Below, piece after piece: positions 15,722-25,453 of a DNA stretch of 62,660 bases. Location of the stretch: positions 1 through 62,660 of the forward strand of contig DAIQMS010000004.1 of assembly GCA_036788815.1 (NCBI GenBank), read 5' to 3'. A model generated the notes under the pieces. The model saw nothing but the letters and a program-made list of their open reading frames with translations. It was not told the DNA's origin and did no database searches. The position numbers were made by a program, and so were the translations under genes. Positions within the stretch are counted from its first letter, which is position 1; each line of letters opens with the position of its first letter. The stretch is from Bacillota bacterium. GTDB taxonomy: Bacteria > Bacillota_I > Bacilli_A > RFN20 > CAG-826.

Positions 15722-18070
15722 ATGGCGGAAAAACGCTTTCTTTCTTTATCGGTTCACGGTCTCGTGGATTTTCTTTTGCGGAAAGGTGACATCGATTCCC
15801 GGATCTACAACCAGGAGACGATGCAGATGGGGACGATCCTCCATGCGGCTTTCCAAGAAAAACAGGGCCACGAATACCTTTCTGAATATGCCCTTAAAGA
15901 GACCTTTGAGCGCAAAGAAGGGGTGATCGCTCTTGAAGGGCGGGCTGATGGCATCATCGTCGGCGGGGATTTCCCGATCATCGACGAGATCAAAAGCACG
16001 GTGATTCCGCTTGAGGATTTCTATAACCAGCAAAAGGATTGGCACTTTGGCCAAGCCGAATGCTACGCCCTCATGTATCTTCACGAGACGGAGGGAGAGA
16101 AGTGCGCGATTCGCCTGACTTATCTCTCGCAAACCTCGAGCGAAAAGAAGACGGTGGAACGGCTTTTCGACCTTGGGGCCCTCGAAAAGGATGTCTATGG
16201 CTTGATGGATGAATATCTGGCCTTTTTCTCAAAGCAATTCGCCCATGAGGAACTCCGGAACCGCTCGGCCAAGAGCCTGGCCTTCCCCTTTGGGGGCTTC
16301 CGCAAAGGCCAGCGTGAAATGGCCAAATACGTTTATTCCATCGCCAAAAACGGGGGCACTTTCTATTGCGAGGCGCCGACCGGGATCGGCAAGACGATCT
16401 CGGCGCTTTATCCGGCGGTCAAAGCCTTCGCCGTCACCGACAATAAGAAGATCTTTTATCTGACCGCCAAAACGAGCGGCCGCTTGAGCGCTTATGACGC
16501 TTTGACCGCCCTTTATGCCAAAGGCTTCATGGGGCGGGACTCTTTGCTCGTCGCCAAAGATAAGATCTGCTTTACCCCCGGCGCCGCCTGCAATCCGGAC
16601 GAATGCCCATTCGCGAAAGGCTACTACGACAAGATCAAAAAGGCAATGGAAGAGGCCTGCGATGGGGGCTATCGGTTTGACGAAGAGCACGTGGTGGCTT
16701 TGGCCAAACATTACGCGATGTGCCCTTTTGAGCTCCAACTCGATCTCTCGCTTTGGAGCGATGTCATCATCGGCGACTATAACTATTTCTTCGATCCTTT
16801 GGTCCATCTGGAACGCTATTTCGATCCGGAGGTCGACAGCTCGAAGTTCCTCGTTTTGATCGATGAGGCCCACAACCTGGTCGAACGGGGGAGGGATATG
16901 TATTCGGCGAGTTTGTCCGCCGAGAGCTTCGCCCGGGCGAAAAAAGCCCTCCGGAGCCTCAAAGAGCCGAAGATCAAAACGGCCCTTGGCAAAGTCGAGA
17001 AACTTCTTCGGGATTACGATCTCGCCTCCAAAGGCCCGATCACGGATTTCGCCGCGGTCCCGCCTGAGGTGAAGAAGGCGCTTGATGCCTTCTCCAAAAA
17101 AGGCCAGGAGCTTATGAAAAAGGAACATCCGAAGCTTCCGGACATCTATAAGGAAGTGAGCCGCGAGGCCCATCGTTTTTCCTTTTTGTCGGAGAACTTC
17201 CCCGAAGATGAGACCCTTTATGGGGAGCGGGAGAAGACGGACTACGTCCTTCACCTTTCCTGCCTCGATCCTTCGCCGATGCTCTCTTCTTCCCTCCATA
17301 TCGTGAAGGGCCGAATCCTTTTCTCGGCCACCCTTTCGCCGATGAGCTATTACCAAGACGCCATCAGCGGCAATCATGACGATCCCTACCTCTTATTGCC
17401 CTCGCCTTTCCCGAAGGAGAACTTCGATCTCCTTTTGGCTCCGACCGTCTCGACCCGTTATAAGGACCGGAGCAAAACCTATAAGGATGTGGCGGAGTAT
17501 CTTTCCGCTTTCGTGAAGGGCAAATTAGGGAACTATTTCCTTTATTTCCCCTCATACGAATATCTCGAAAACATCAAGCCGCATCTTTCTTTTCCGGACG
17601 CGAATGTCTTTGAGCAAGAGAAAGAGATGTCCGATGAGGAGAAGTCGCTCTTCCTTTCGCGCTTTCTCTCCCATCCGGAGAAGACGACGATCGGTCTCCT
17701 CATCATCGGCGGTTCCTTCAGCGAGGGGATCGACCTCGTCGAGGACCGGCTGATCGGGGTTGCCGTGGTCGGGATCGGCCTGCCTCAGCTTTCGCACGAG
17801 AAGGATCTTTTGAAGGATTACTTCGCCAAAAAGAACGGCGAAGGCTACGAATATGCTTATATGAACCCGGGAATGAACAAGGTGATGCAGGCGGTGGGGC
17901 GCCTCATCCGAAGCGAGAAAGACCGCGGGGCGGCGCTTCTCATCGATGACCGTTATCTTCATAACGAGTATCGGGATCTCTTCGCCCGGCTTTGGACTTC
18001 GTATGACGTCGTCACCTCCCCGGAGGATGTCCAAAAGAACCTTCAGGAATTCTACAAGAAAGACTTTTGA
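15722..18070 (+). CDS. DinG/XPD-family Fe-S helicase with an N-terminal PD-(D/E)XK nuclease-like domain
   Basis: GRADGI...IDEIKS...QAECY; APTGIGKT; four-Cys region (ICF..CNPDEC...MCPFE); IDEAHN; EGID; QAVGRLIR. Confidence 0.88.
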   Translation: MAEKRFLSLSVHGLVDFLLRKGDIDSRIYNQETMQMGTILHAAFQEKQGHEYLSEYALKETFERKEGVIALEGRADGIIVGGDFPIIDEIKSTVIPLEDFYNQQKDWHFGQAECYALMYLHETEGEKCAIRLTYLSQTSSEKKTVERLFDLGALEKDVYGLMDEYLAFFSKQFAHEELRNRSAKSLAFPFGGFRKGQREMAKYVYSIAKNGGTFYCEAPTGIGKTISALYPAVKAFAVTDNKKIFYLTAKTSGRLSAYDALTALYAKGFMGRDSLLVAKDKICFTPGAACNPDECPFAKGYYDKIKKAMEEACDGGYRFDEEHVVALAKHYAMCPFELQLDLSLWSDVIIGDYNYFFDPLVHLERYFDPEVDSSKFLVLIDEAHNLVERGRDMYSASLSAESFARAKKALRSLKEPKIKTALGKVEKLLRDYDLASKGPITDFAAVPPEVKKALDAFSKKGQELMKKEHPKLPDIYKEVSREAHRFSFLSENFPEDETLYGEREKTDYVLHLSCLDPSPMLSSSLHIVKGRILFSATLSPMSYYQDAISGNHDDPYLLLPSPFPKENFDLLLAPTVSTRYKDRSKTYKDVAEYLSAFVKGKLGNYFLYFPSYEYLENIKPHLSFPDANVFEQEKEMSDEEKSLFLSRFLSHPEKTTIGLLIIGGSFSEGIDLVEDRLIGVAVVGIGLPQLSHEKDLLKDYFAKKNGEGYEYAYMNPGMNKVMQAVGRLIRSEKDRGAALLIDDRYLHNEYRDLFARLWTSYDVVTSPEDVQKNLQEFYKKDF

Positions 18071-18090
18071 GGAATCCCCCTTCTTTCTTT

Positions 18091-18121
18091 TTGACAAGAA
18101 AGAACGGAAATAGGCTATAAT
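18091..18121 (+). promoter_or_regulatory. Probable SigA promoter of lepA
   Basis: TTGACA and TATAAT are both perfect, but the spacer is 19 nt. Confidence 0.55.
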
Positions 18122-18136
18122 CGCTAAGGTAATTTT

Positions 18137-19954
18137 ATGCCCTTTGCTCAATCCCACATTCGCAATTTCTCGGTGATCGCCCACATCGATCACGGTAAAA
18201 GCACGCTTTGCGACCGAATCCTCGAAGACACGGGGGCGGTGGAAAAGCGCGATTTGAAGGAGCAAATGCTCGATTCGATGGACCTCGAACGGGAACGGGG
18301 CATCACCATCAAACTCAACGCCGTCACCGTCTCTTATACCGCCCACAATGGCGAGAAATACATCTTCAACCTGATCGACACCCCGGGGCACGTCGACTTC
18401 ACTTACGAAGTCTCGCGGAGCCTCGCCGCCTGCGAAGGCGCCCTTTTGGTCGTCGATGCGACCCAAGGGGTCCAAGCCCAGACCTTAGCGAACGTCTATC
18501 TCGCGGTTGATAACGACCTCATGATCATCCCGATCATCAATAAGATCGATCTTCCGAGCGCCCAACCCGAAGTCTGCAAAAAGGAAATCGAAGAGAGGAT
18601 CGGGCTTTCGACTGCCGATTGCTGCCTCGTGAGCGCCAAAACCGGCCAAGGGGTTCCCGACATGCTGGAGAAAGTCGTGGAGCTCGTTCCGCCGCCCTCG
18701 GGCGATCCGGACGCGCCCTTACAGGCCTTGATCTTCGACAGTTACTATGATTCCTATCGCGGCGTCGTCGTTTTGATCCGCATCAAAAACGGCTCGGTCA
18801 AAGTGGGGGATGAGATCCTTCTCATGGCGACCCACAAGAAATACCTGGTCACCGAAGTCGGCATCCGCACGCCGAAAGAGATCCCGACCAAAGAACTCGA
18901 TTGCGGCGAAGTCGGCTATCTCACCGCGACGATCAAGGATATCCACGATGTCTTCCCGGGCGAGACGATTACCTTGGCGAATAATCCGACCCCGGATCCT
19001 CTTCCGGGTTATCGGAAGATCAACCCGATGGTTTATTGCGGACTTTATCCGGTTGAATCGGCCGATTATGGCAACCTCAAAGACGCACTCGAAAAGCTCT
19101 CTTTGAACGATGCCTCCTTAACTTTTGAACCGGAGAGCTCCCAAGCATTGGGCTTTGGCTTCCGGGTTGGCTTCCTTGGCCTCCTTCATATGGACGTGGT
19201 CCAAGAGAGGCTTGAACGCGAATACAATCTCAACCTGATTCTGACCGCCCCATCCGTCAAATACCAAGTGGATTTGACTAACGGGACGACATTGACGCTT
19301 GATAATCCGTCCGAGATGCCTGATCCTTCGAAAATCAAAGACATCAAAGAACCGTTCGTGAACGCCTCGATCATGACCCCGAAGGAATTCGTGGGGCCGG
19401 TCATGCAGATCTGCCAGGATAAGCGCGGGGTCTACCAGGATCTCGTTTATTTCGATGACACCAGGCAAATCGTGAAGTACGACCTGCCGCTTTCGGAGAT
19501 TATCTTCAACTTCTTCGATAAGCTCAAGAGCGCGACCAAAGGCTACGCTTCCCTCGACTACGAACTCGCCGAATACCGGCCGAGCGATCTCGCCAAGATG
19601 GACATCCTCCTCAATGGCGATGTGATCGACGCCCTTTCGACCGTCGTCTATAAGCCCAGCGCCTATAACCGGGGCATCGCTCTCGTCCGCAAACTGAAGG
19701 AAATCATCCCGAAGCAGCAATTCGAAGTGCCAGTCCAGGCGGCGATCAATGGCAAAGTGGTGGCGCGAGCTGACATTCAGAGCGTTCGCAAAGACGTCTT
19801 GGCCAAGTGCTATGGCGGCGATATCTCCCGGAAGAAGAAACTGCTCGAAAAGCAAAAAGAAGGCAAGAAGCGGATGAAGGCGATCGGCTCGGTCGACGTC
19901 CCGCAAGAGGCTTTCATGAGCATGCTCTCGCTCGATGACGATTCGAACAAATAA
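18137..19954 (+). CDS. lepA: Elongation factor 4 (LepA)
   Basis: [36 protein letters not shown]. Confidence 0.98.
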   Translation: MPFAQSHIRNFSVIAHIDHGKSTLCDRILEDTGAVEKRDLKEQMLDSMDLERERGITIKLNAVTVSYTAHNGEKYIFNLIDTPGHVDFTYEVSRSLAACEGALLVVDATQGVQAQTLANVYLAVDNDLMIIPIINKIDLPSAQPEVCKKEIEERIGLSTADCCLVSAKTGQGVPDMLEKVVELVPPPSGDPDAPLQALIFDSYYDSYRGVVVLIRIKNGSVKVGDEILLMATHKKYLVTEVGIRTPKEIPTKELDCGEVGYLTATIKDIHDVFPGETITLANNPTPDPLPGYRKINPMVYCGLYPVESADYGNLKDALEKLSLNDASLTFEPESSQALGFGFRVGFLGLLHMDVVQERLEREYNLNLILTAPSVKYQVDLTNGTTLTLDNPSEMPDPSKIKDIKEPFVNASIMTPKEFVGPVMQICQDKRGVYQDLVYFDDTRQIVKYDLPLSEIIFNFFDKLKSATKGYASLDYELAEYRPSDLAKMDILLNGDVIDALSTVVYKPSAYNRGIALVRKLKEIIPKQQFEVPVQAAINGKVVARADIQSVRKDVLAKCYGGDISRKKKLLEKQKEGKKRMKAIGSVDVPQEAFMSMLSLDDDSNK

Positions 19955-20031
19955 AAGCATTTTAATCCGACCATAAGAAGGCATTCTCAGTTTCGGAAAC
20001 CGCCTTTTTAGTAGTTTTTTAGTCATTCATC

Positions 20032-20060
20032 TTGTCGGGAGTCCCGGAAGGTTGTATTCT
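20032..20060 (+). promoter_or_regulatory. SigA-type promoter predicted to give a leaderless transcript of the Fic-like gene
   Basis: TTGTCG-17 nt-TATTCT, then exactly 6 nt to the ATG at 20067. Confidence 0.6.
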
Positions 20061-20066
20061 TAAGGC

Positions 20067-21746
20067 ATGAGCGAAAAAGAATGGGCCGTGGCTTACACGG
20101 ACGAGCAATACCTTTTACGAAGCGAAGTGGTCAAGGCGATGAACACCACCTTGATCGATGGCTATTGGGCCGACATTTTGGCCTATCGGAAGAGCAAGTC
20201 GATCACCCTTCCTTTCAAGACCATCACCAACCGCTTTTTCACTTTGACGTTATCGGAAGCCATCAAGGCGAAGATCACCGCGTTCGAACTCGTGAGCGCC
20301 CGCTTTGCCGGCGTCCTTAAAAAACTGAGCGATCCGCGGGAGAAAGAACAGGCCGAACGGGCTTGCCTTCTTTTGTCTCTCCGCGAGGTGTCCCTCAACG
20401 AAAACGCCCAGATGAGCGAGCTTTCTTTGAAGGCCTTGCTCAATGGGACCTATCAGGAAAACAATCCCTTCCACGCCCCGGTCGTCGCCTACCGGGATGC
20501 GCTTCATTTCTATCTCCATAATCCTTCGACGGCCCCTTTACGGCCCAATGAGGATTTCCTGGCCGAAGCGCTCGGGAAGTGCCTCGGGGTCGAAGAACTC
20601 ACGAGCTTTTATAGGACCGGCGATTTCGATGGCACGGCCCAACGTGCCCGCCATCTTTATAATCCAGACTTCAATTACGCCCCGTTCGATTTCATCGAGA
20701 CCCTGATGGGGGACTTCCTCCATTGGCTCAGCCATGGGGACGAGGTTTCCTATTTCGTGAAAGCCGTCGCCGCCTCCTATTATCTCGATTACGTGATGCC
20801 GTTTGAGGAACGGAATGACGAAGTGGCCACCCTTTTGGCCAAGACCGTCTTCCAGACTTCCGAAGCCGGACGGGAAGCGTTCCTTTTCCCCTTCGAAGCG
20901 TTGCTCCTCAAGACCGCCCGTTACAAGCTCTTGGCCCTCGAGACCCAGCGGAGCGGCGATCTCACTTACCTCGTGATGGAAGCGATCGACGTTTTGACGC
21001 CGCTACTCGAGAATCTGAGCGATGCGATCAAAGCCATCAAGATTGATACCTACCGCCGTGAATTCACCGCCGTCTCGCCTGAGGAGAAATCCGCAGCTGA
21101 ATCTACCCAAAAATCGGCCCCGGCCCAACAGCTTTCCCTCTTTGGTAATGCCGAAGAAAAACCGGTGGCGAAACCCGTCGAAGCGCCGAAAGCGGTGGCT
21201 CCGACTCCGGTAGCCGTCCCCGAGCCCGCTCCCGCACCCACTCCGGTCGCTGTCGCTCCAACCCCCGTTATTTCCGAAGAAAAGCCGATTCCTGCTCCCG
21301 TGGTTGAGCCGGCGAAGCCGGTAGAAGAAACGCCGGTCGTCCCGGAGCCCACTCCCGTAGAGCCCGCGCCGGTCACCAAAGAAGAGAAGCCGCGCGTCGC
21401 CCCGGAAAAAGTGATTACCCTTGAGGAGATGGCGCCGAAGGAAAACGAAGGCGAAAGCGCCCTCCAAGTCGAGAGCAATCCCTTGAGCGGGAAGGAAATC
21501 AAGGAATACACCCAGTATCTTCTTGAGACCAACCCCGCCCTCAACAAAAACCAAGCCTCTTTCTTGGCCAATCACTGCACGATGGGCCGTTATTACACGA
21601 TCCAGCAGTTCAAGAAATTCACCCGCTGCGCCTACGAAACCGCACGAACTTCTATGGATAAGCTCGCTCAGGAGCGCTATTATACCAAATTGCAGGTGAA
21701 GAATAAGTTCGTCTACACCCCGATCAAAAAAGGAGAAGCAAAATGA
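20067..21746 (+). CDS. Fic-like protein with degenerate active site, Pro/Glu-rich linker and probable C-terminal winged-HTH
   Basis: YYLDYVMPFEERNDEVA in place of HPFxDGNGR; PVAVPEPAPAP repeats; C-terminal YTIQQFKKFTRCAYETARTSMDKL. Confidence 0.65.
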   Translation: MSEKEWAVAYTDEQYLLRSEVVKAMNTTLIDGYWADILAYRKSKSITLPFKTITNRFFTLTLSEAIKAKITAFELVSARFAGVLKKLSDPREKEQAERACLLLSLREVSLNENAQMSELSLKALLNGTYQENNPFHAPVVAYRDALHFYLHNPSTAPLRPNEDFLAEALGKCLGVEELTSFYRTGDFDGTAQRARHLYNPDFNYAPFDFIETLMGDFLHWLSHGDEVSYFVKAVAASYYLDYVMPFEERNDEVATLLAKTVFQTSEAGREAFLFPFEALLLKTARYKLLALETQRSGDLTYLVMEAIDVLTPLLENLSDAIKAIKIDTYRREFTAVSPEEKSAAESTQKSAPAQQLSLFGNAEEKPVAKPVEAPKAVAPTPVAVPEPAPAPTPVAVAPTPVISEEKPIPAPVVEPAKPVEETPVVPEPTPVEPAPVTKEEKPRVAPEKVITLEEMAPKENEGESALQVESNPLSGKEIKEYTQYLLETNPALNKNQASFLANHCTMGRYYTIQQFKKFTRCAYETARTSMDKLAQERYYTKLQVKNKFVYTPIKKGEAK

Positions 21747-22135
21747 CAGGTTTATGGTACGTCTTAGGTCTTGTGGCCATCTTCGGCGTCATTGTTTTAG
21801 CGGTTATTCTCATCAAGAAGTATGGCAAACATTTCAAGAATGACGAGAAACCGAAGAGCGATAAGGAAATCGCCGAGGAAGAAGTGAAGCGGATGGTCGT
21901 CGATGTCGACGACGAGACCGCCGAAAAGATGGACGAAGCCTCGAAAGAACTCGCGGAGAAGTCCGCGAAAGACGCGACGAAACCCGAAGAAAAAGAAGTC
22001 GCGGCCGAAGAGGTTTCCCGGGCGACCCGTCCGGTCGAGGACGAAGAATCCGCCAAAGCGATGGCCAAATATGCCGCCGAGCATCCGGAAGAAGCGGAAG
22101 CCGTGAGCGAGCCTAAAGAAGCCGTCAAAAAGTGA
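21743..22135 (+). CDS. Hypothetical single-pass membrane protein with charged cytoplasmic tail
   Basis: One hydrophobic N-terminal helix then an E/K/A-rich region. SD AAGGAG; ATGA/GTGA overlaps with both neighbours. Confidence 0.75.
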   Translation: MTGLWYVLGLVAIFGVIVLAVILIKKYGKHFKNDEKPKSDKEIAEEEVKRMVVDVDDETAEKMDEASKELAEKSAKDATKPEEKEVAAEEVSRATRPVEDEESAKAMAKYAAEHPEEAEAVSEPKEAVKK

Positions 22136-23220
22136 AGCCGACCGCCCTCTATATCCATATTCCGTTTTGCGCCCATATCTGCGCGTATTGTGACTTTCCC
22201 AAAGTCCTCTACACCCCGAGTTGGGCCTTTTCTTATGTACAAGAACTTGAAAAAGAAGTGCGCTCGGAGGGGATCGACTCGGTAAAGACGATCTATGTCG
22301 GCGGGGGCACCCCGACCTCCTTAAATGAGGAAGAGCTGGAAAACCTCCTTTCTTTCTTGGCGCCTTACCTGGAAAAAGGCGGGGAATTCACCGTGGAAGC
22401 CAATCCGGAGAACTTCACGGCAACTAAAGCGGAAATCCTCCAAAAATACGGGGTTAATCGCCTTTCTTTCGGCGTTCAGTCTTCTTTGGAAAGACTGCTT
22501 AAACTCATGGGACGGAAGCATAGTTTCCTCGAGGCGAAACAGGCGGTGATGCTGGCCCGGGAGAAAGGCTTTCGCAATATCTCTTGCGATCTGATCTATG
22601 GGCTTCCGGACGAATCGATGGGGGAGCTCGAGCAGGATATCGACGCCTTGTTGAGCCTCCAAAGCGAGCACCTTTCGACCTATTGCCTTTCCGTCAACCC
22701 TGGCACCGTCTTCTCAGCCCGTCATCTTCAAGAGATGGACCAGGCCTTGGCCGCCGATCAGTATGAGCGGATTCTTTCCCGGCTAAGAGAAGCGGGCTAC
22801 GACCGTTACGAAGTCTCGAACTTCGCGAAAGACGGCCATTATTCTCGGCACAATCTCACCTATTGGAAGGATGAGCCTTATTACGCGGCGGGATTAGGGG
22901 CCTCGGGCTACATCGGGGATCTGCGCTACACGAATACGCGGGATCTTTCGGCCTATTTGAAGGGCAAGCGCCACGCGGAAGAGGAGATCGTGACGCCCTT
23001 AGAAGACAAGAAATACTTCTTCCTCACGAACCTCCGGCTCGAAACGGGTTTTGGACTCGACGCTTACGAAGCGCGTTTTCACGAACGGTTCGAAAAAACC
23101 TATGAAAAAGCGGTGGAACCCCTTATTTCATCGGGCTTATTGACTCTCACGAAAGAAAGGGTTTTCGCGACGGACAAAGGGATTCTTCTTTTGGATCGGA
23201 TTCTTCTTGCGCTATATTAA
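22132..23220 (+). CDS. hemW: Radical SAM heme chaperone HemW (HemN-like)
   Basis: LYIHIPFCAHICAYCDF, GGGTP, EANP, YEVSNFA. Confidence 0.9.
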   Translation: MKPTALYIHIPFCAHICAYCDFPKVLYTPSWAFSYVQELEKEVRSEGIDSVKTIYVGGGTPTSLNEEELENLLSFLAPYLEKGGEFTVEANPENFTATKAEILQKYGVNRLSFGVQSSLERLLKLMGRKHSFLEAKQAVMLAREKGFRNISCDLIYGLPDESMGELEQDIDALLSLQSEHLSTYCLSVNPGTVFSARHLQEMDQALAADQYERILSRLREAGYDRYEVSNFAKDGHYSRHNLTYWKDEPYYAAGLGASGYIGDLRYTNTRDLSAYLKGKRHAEEEIVTPLEDKKYFFLTNLRLETGFGLDAYEARFHERFEKTYEKAVEPLISSGLLTLTKERVFATDKGILLLDRILLALY

Positions 23221-23227
23221 AGAGGTT

Positions 23228-23644
23228 ATGGGGATCGCACGTTACGAAAAACGAATGATGGGCTGGCTGATCGACAAGCTCTTTTCTTTGCTGGCTCTCG
23301 CCGCCGTCCTCACGGTCGAGATTCTTTATTTCCCCAAGGATTTCTCGCTTTATCTCGAGATTTTGATCGCGATTGCTTCGGGCTACGTCTACTACGTGAT
23401 CGTCAATTGCGCTTTCTTACATCTCCTTAACGGCGCTACCCTTGGGATGGCGATCATGGGGATCAAGACCTGCCACGCCGATAAATCGCGGATCCGTTTC
23501 AAAGAGGCTTTCCTTAAGGCGCTCACGACCGGTTTGACCGCGATGGACCTCGTGAATTCGATCTATATGCTCTCGAAGCACACCGAGCGAAGCGTCTTCG
23601 ATCGGCTGACCAATACCCTGGTGATCGACATCCGGGTCAAATAA
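23228..23644 (+). CDS. RDD-family membrane protein
   Basis: KRMMGWLID...GATLGMAIMGIK...RSVFDRLTNTLVI. Confidence 0.8.
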   Translation: MGIARYEKRMMGWLIDKLFSLLALAAVLTVEILYFPKDFSLYLEILIAIASGYVYYVIVNCAFLHLLNGATLGMAIMGIKTCHADKSRIRFKEAFLKALTTGLTAMDLVNSIYMLSKHTERSVFDRLTNTLVIDIRVK

Positions 23645-23694
23645 AGGATTTTTAAACGAAAAAGAATGAGGCCTGATGGCCTCTTTTTCATAAT

Positions 23695-23721
23695 TTAGCA
23701 CTTTGAAGTTGACAGTGCTAA
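23695..23721 (+). promoter_or_regulatory. CIRCE element 1 (HrcA operator) overlapping the -35
   Basis: TTAGCACTT-N9-CAGTGCTAA versus consensus TTAGCACTC-N9-GAGTGCTAA. Confidence 0.92.
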
Positions 23722-23736
23722 AACGCTGGTTATAAT
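23709..23736 (+). promoter_or_regulatory. SigA promoter of the hrcA-grpE-dnaK-dnaJ operon
   Basis: TTGACA-16 nt-TATAAT. Confidence 0.85.
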
Positions 23737-23740
23737 GGTG

Positions 23741-23767
23741 CTAGCACCAAGAGAAGGTGACTGCTAA
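23741..23767 (+). promoter_or_regulatory. CIRCE element 2
   Basis: CTAGCACCA-N9-GACTGCTAA, downstream of the -10 and just before the SD. Confidence 0.8.
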
Positions 23768-23781
23768 AAGGAGGCGGGACT

Positions 23782-24882
23782 ATGACGCGACAAGACGAGA
23801 TTCTGAAACTCATCGTGGAGCACTTTATCAAAACCGCCGAACCGGTGGGCAGCAAAACCCTCCAAGAGGTGTATCACCTTGACGTCTCAAGCGCGACGAT
23901 CCGCAACGAAATGAATGCCCTGGAGCAAGAAGGCTATCTCGAAAAGACCCATACTTCCTCCGGCCGCGTCCCTTCTGAAAAGGGTTATCAATATTACGCC
24001 GAGCACATCCGGGAAAGAGGCGTGGACGAGTCGACGAAAAACGCGCTCGCGAACGTCCTCAGCGAAAAGACCAAATCGGTCGAGGAAGTCATGAAGGAAG
24101 CGTGCGAGATCCTCTCGCACATGACCAACTTGGCCTCGGTCGTCCTTGGCCCGACGGTCAACGAGGAAAAACTCGTCTCCGTCCAAATCATCCCGCTTGG
24201 CGAGAATACCGCGACCGCGGTGTTCGTCACCGACAAAGGCTACGTCGAGAATAAGACGTTCCTGATCGATCCCACCCTGAAAACGGATGAGGTCGTGAAG
24301 ACCGTCAAACTCCTCAATGACCGTTTGAGCGGGACGCCCGTGAGCGATCTCGTCACGAAGATGGAGGCGATGAAGCCGGCTCTCACCGATTATGTGGTGG
24401 GGCAGGAAGTCATCTATGACGCCATCCTCGAGGCCTTCGCCAAATTTGCGACCGATCGTCTCTCCCTTTATGGGAAGGACGCGCTCTATAATCAGCCCGA
24501 ATACGCGAACGATGCGGAGAAACTCCGCCAGCTCCTTTCGCTCCTTGACGATCCGGAAAACCTCAAAAAGGCGCTTTCTGGAACCAAGGCGAGCAAGGAT
24601 GGCGTCAGCATTCACATCGGCACCGCCAAGGAAGGGCTCGAAGACCTGGCGGTCGTTTCCGCCGGGGTTTCGCTCCCGGGTGATCCGAACTGTTGCCTCA
24701 CGGTCCTCGGGCCGTCACGAATGGACTATGAGAAAGTCGTCTCGACTCTCAAGTACTTCGCGGAGGCGCTGGATCAGTACTTCGATCGAACGACAATCCA
24801 TGGAGGAGGAGAAACATCATGGCAGAAAATGCAAAAGGCAGTGAGCCCGAAAAGCAAGCAGCCCCCGAAGAAAAAGAAGTGA
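23782..24882 (+). CDS. hrcA: Heat-inducible transcription repressor HrcA
   Basis: IVEHFIKTAEPVGSK, SSATIRNEMNALE, HTSSGRVPS, LGPSRMDY. Confidence 0.96.
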   Translation: MTRQDEILKLIVEHFIKTAEPVGSKTLQEVYHLDVSSATIRNEMNALEQEGYLEKTHTSSGRVPSEKGYQYYAEHIRERGVDESTKNALANVLSEKTKSVEEVMKEACEILSHMTNLASVVLGPTVNEEKLVSVQIIPLGENTATAVFVTDKGYVENKTFLIDPTLKTDEVVKTVKLLNDRLSGTPVSDLVTKMEAMKPALTDYVVGQEVIYDAILEAFAKFATDRLSLYGKDALYNQPEYANDAEKLRQLLSLLDDPENLKKALSGTKASKDGVSIHIGTAKEGLEDLAVVSAGVSLPGDPNCCLTVLGPSRMDYEKVVSTLKYFAEALDQYFDRTTIHGGGETSWQKMQKAVSPKSKQPPKKKK

Positions 24883-25439
24883 AGAAAGACGAGGCTAAGC
24901 CCGAAGGCAAGCTGGTCAGCCAAAAAGAATACGATGACCTCCTTGCCCTCTATAAGAAAGCCAATGACGAGATGGGCGAATGGAAAAACAAATACTATCT
25001 CGCCTACGCCGATACCCAGAACCTGCGGAAGGATCTTGAAAAAGACCATCAGCAGGCGATGAAGTATCGGGCCGAAGGCTTCCTCGATAGCTTGCTCCCG
25101 GCGCTCGATAGCTTCTATATCGCGCTTCAGAGCTCGCCGAAAGACGCCGAAGCCAAAGCGTATCAGCAAGGCTTCCAATACCTCTACAACCAAATCGAGA
25201 ACGCGCTCTTCGCCGAAGGCGTGAGCGAGGTGCTCCCGAAGGTTGGCGAACCCTTCGACAGCGCCACGATGCACGCTGTGGATGTCAAAGAAGGGGACGA
25301 AGATGGCAAGATCGTTCAGATCTTCGCCAAAGGCTACAAACTCCATGATCGGCTCGTCCGTCCGGCCATGGTGAGCGTATCCAAGAAGAAAGTCGAAACG
25401 AAGGACGAAAAAATGGATTCGAAGGCTACTAAAGCCTAA
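24819..25439 (+). CDS. grpE: Nucleotide exchange factor GrpE
   Basis: [40 protein letters not shown]. Confidence 0.95.
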   Translation: MAENAKGSEPEKQAAPEEKEVKKDEAKPEGKLVSQKEYDDLLALYKKANDEMGEWKNKYYLAYADTQNLRKDLEKDHQQAMKYRAEGFLDSLLPALDSFYIALQSSPKDAEAKAYQQGFQYLYNQIENALFAEGVSEVLPKVGEPFDSATMHAVDVKEGDEDGKIVQIFAKGYKLHDRLVRPAMVSVSKKKVETKDEKMDSKATKA

Positions 25440-25453
25440 GGAGAATAAAATTT

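Noticed and set aside
15722-16300. Cas4-like nuclease domain suggesting a CRISPR or defence locus
   Set aside because: No repeats or cas genes are in the window; nuclease-DinG fusions are common stand-alone repair genes in Firmicutes.
21170-21410. Pro/Val/Ala/Glu repeats in the Fic-like gene as a DNA repeat element
   Set aside because: The repeats are imperfect at DNA level and explained by a low-complexity protein linker.
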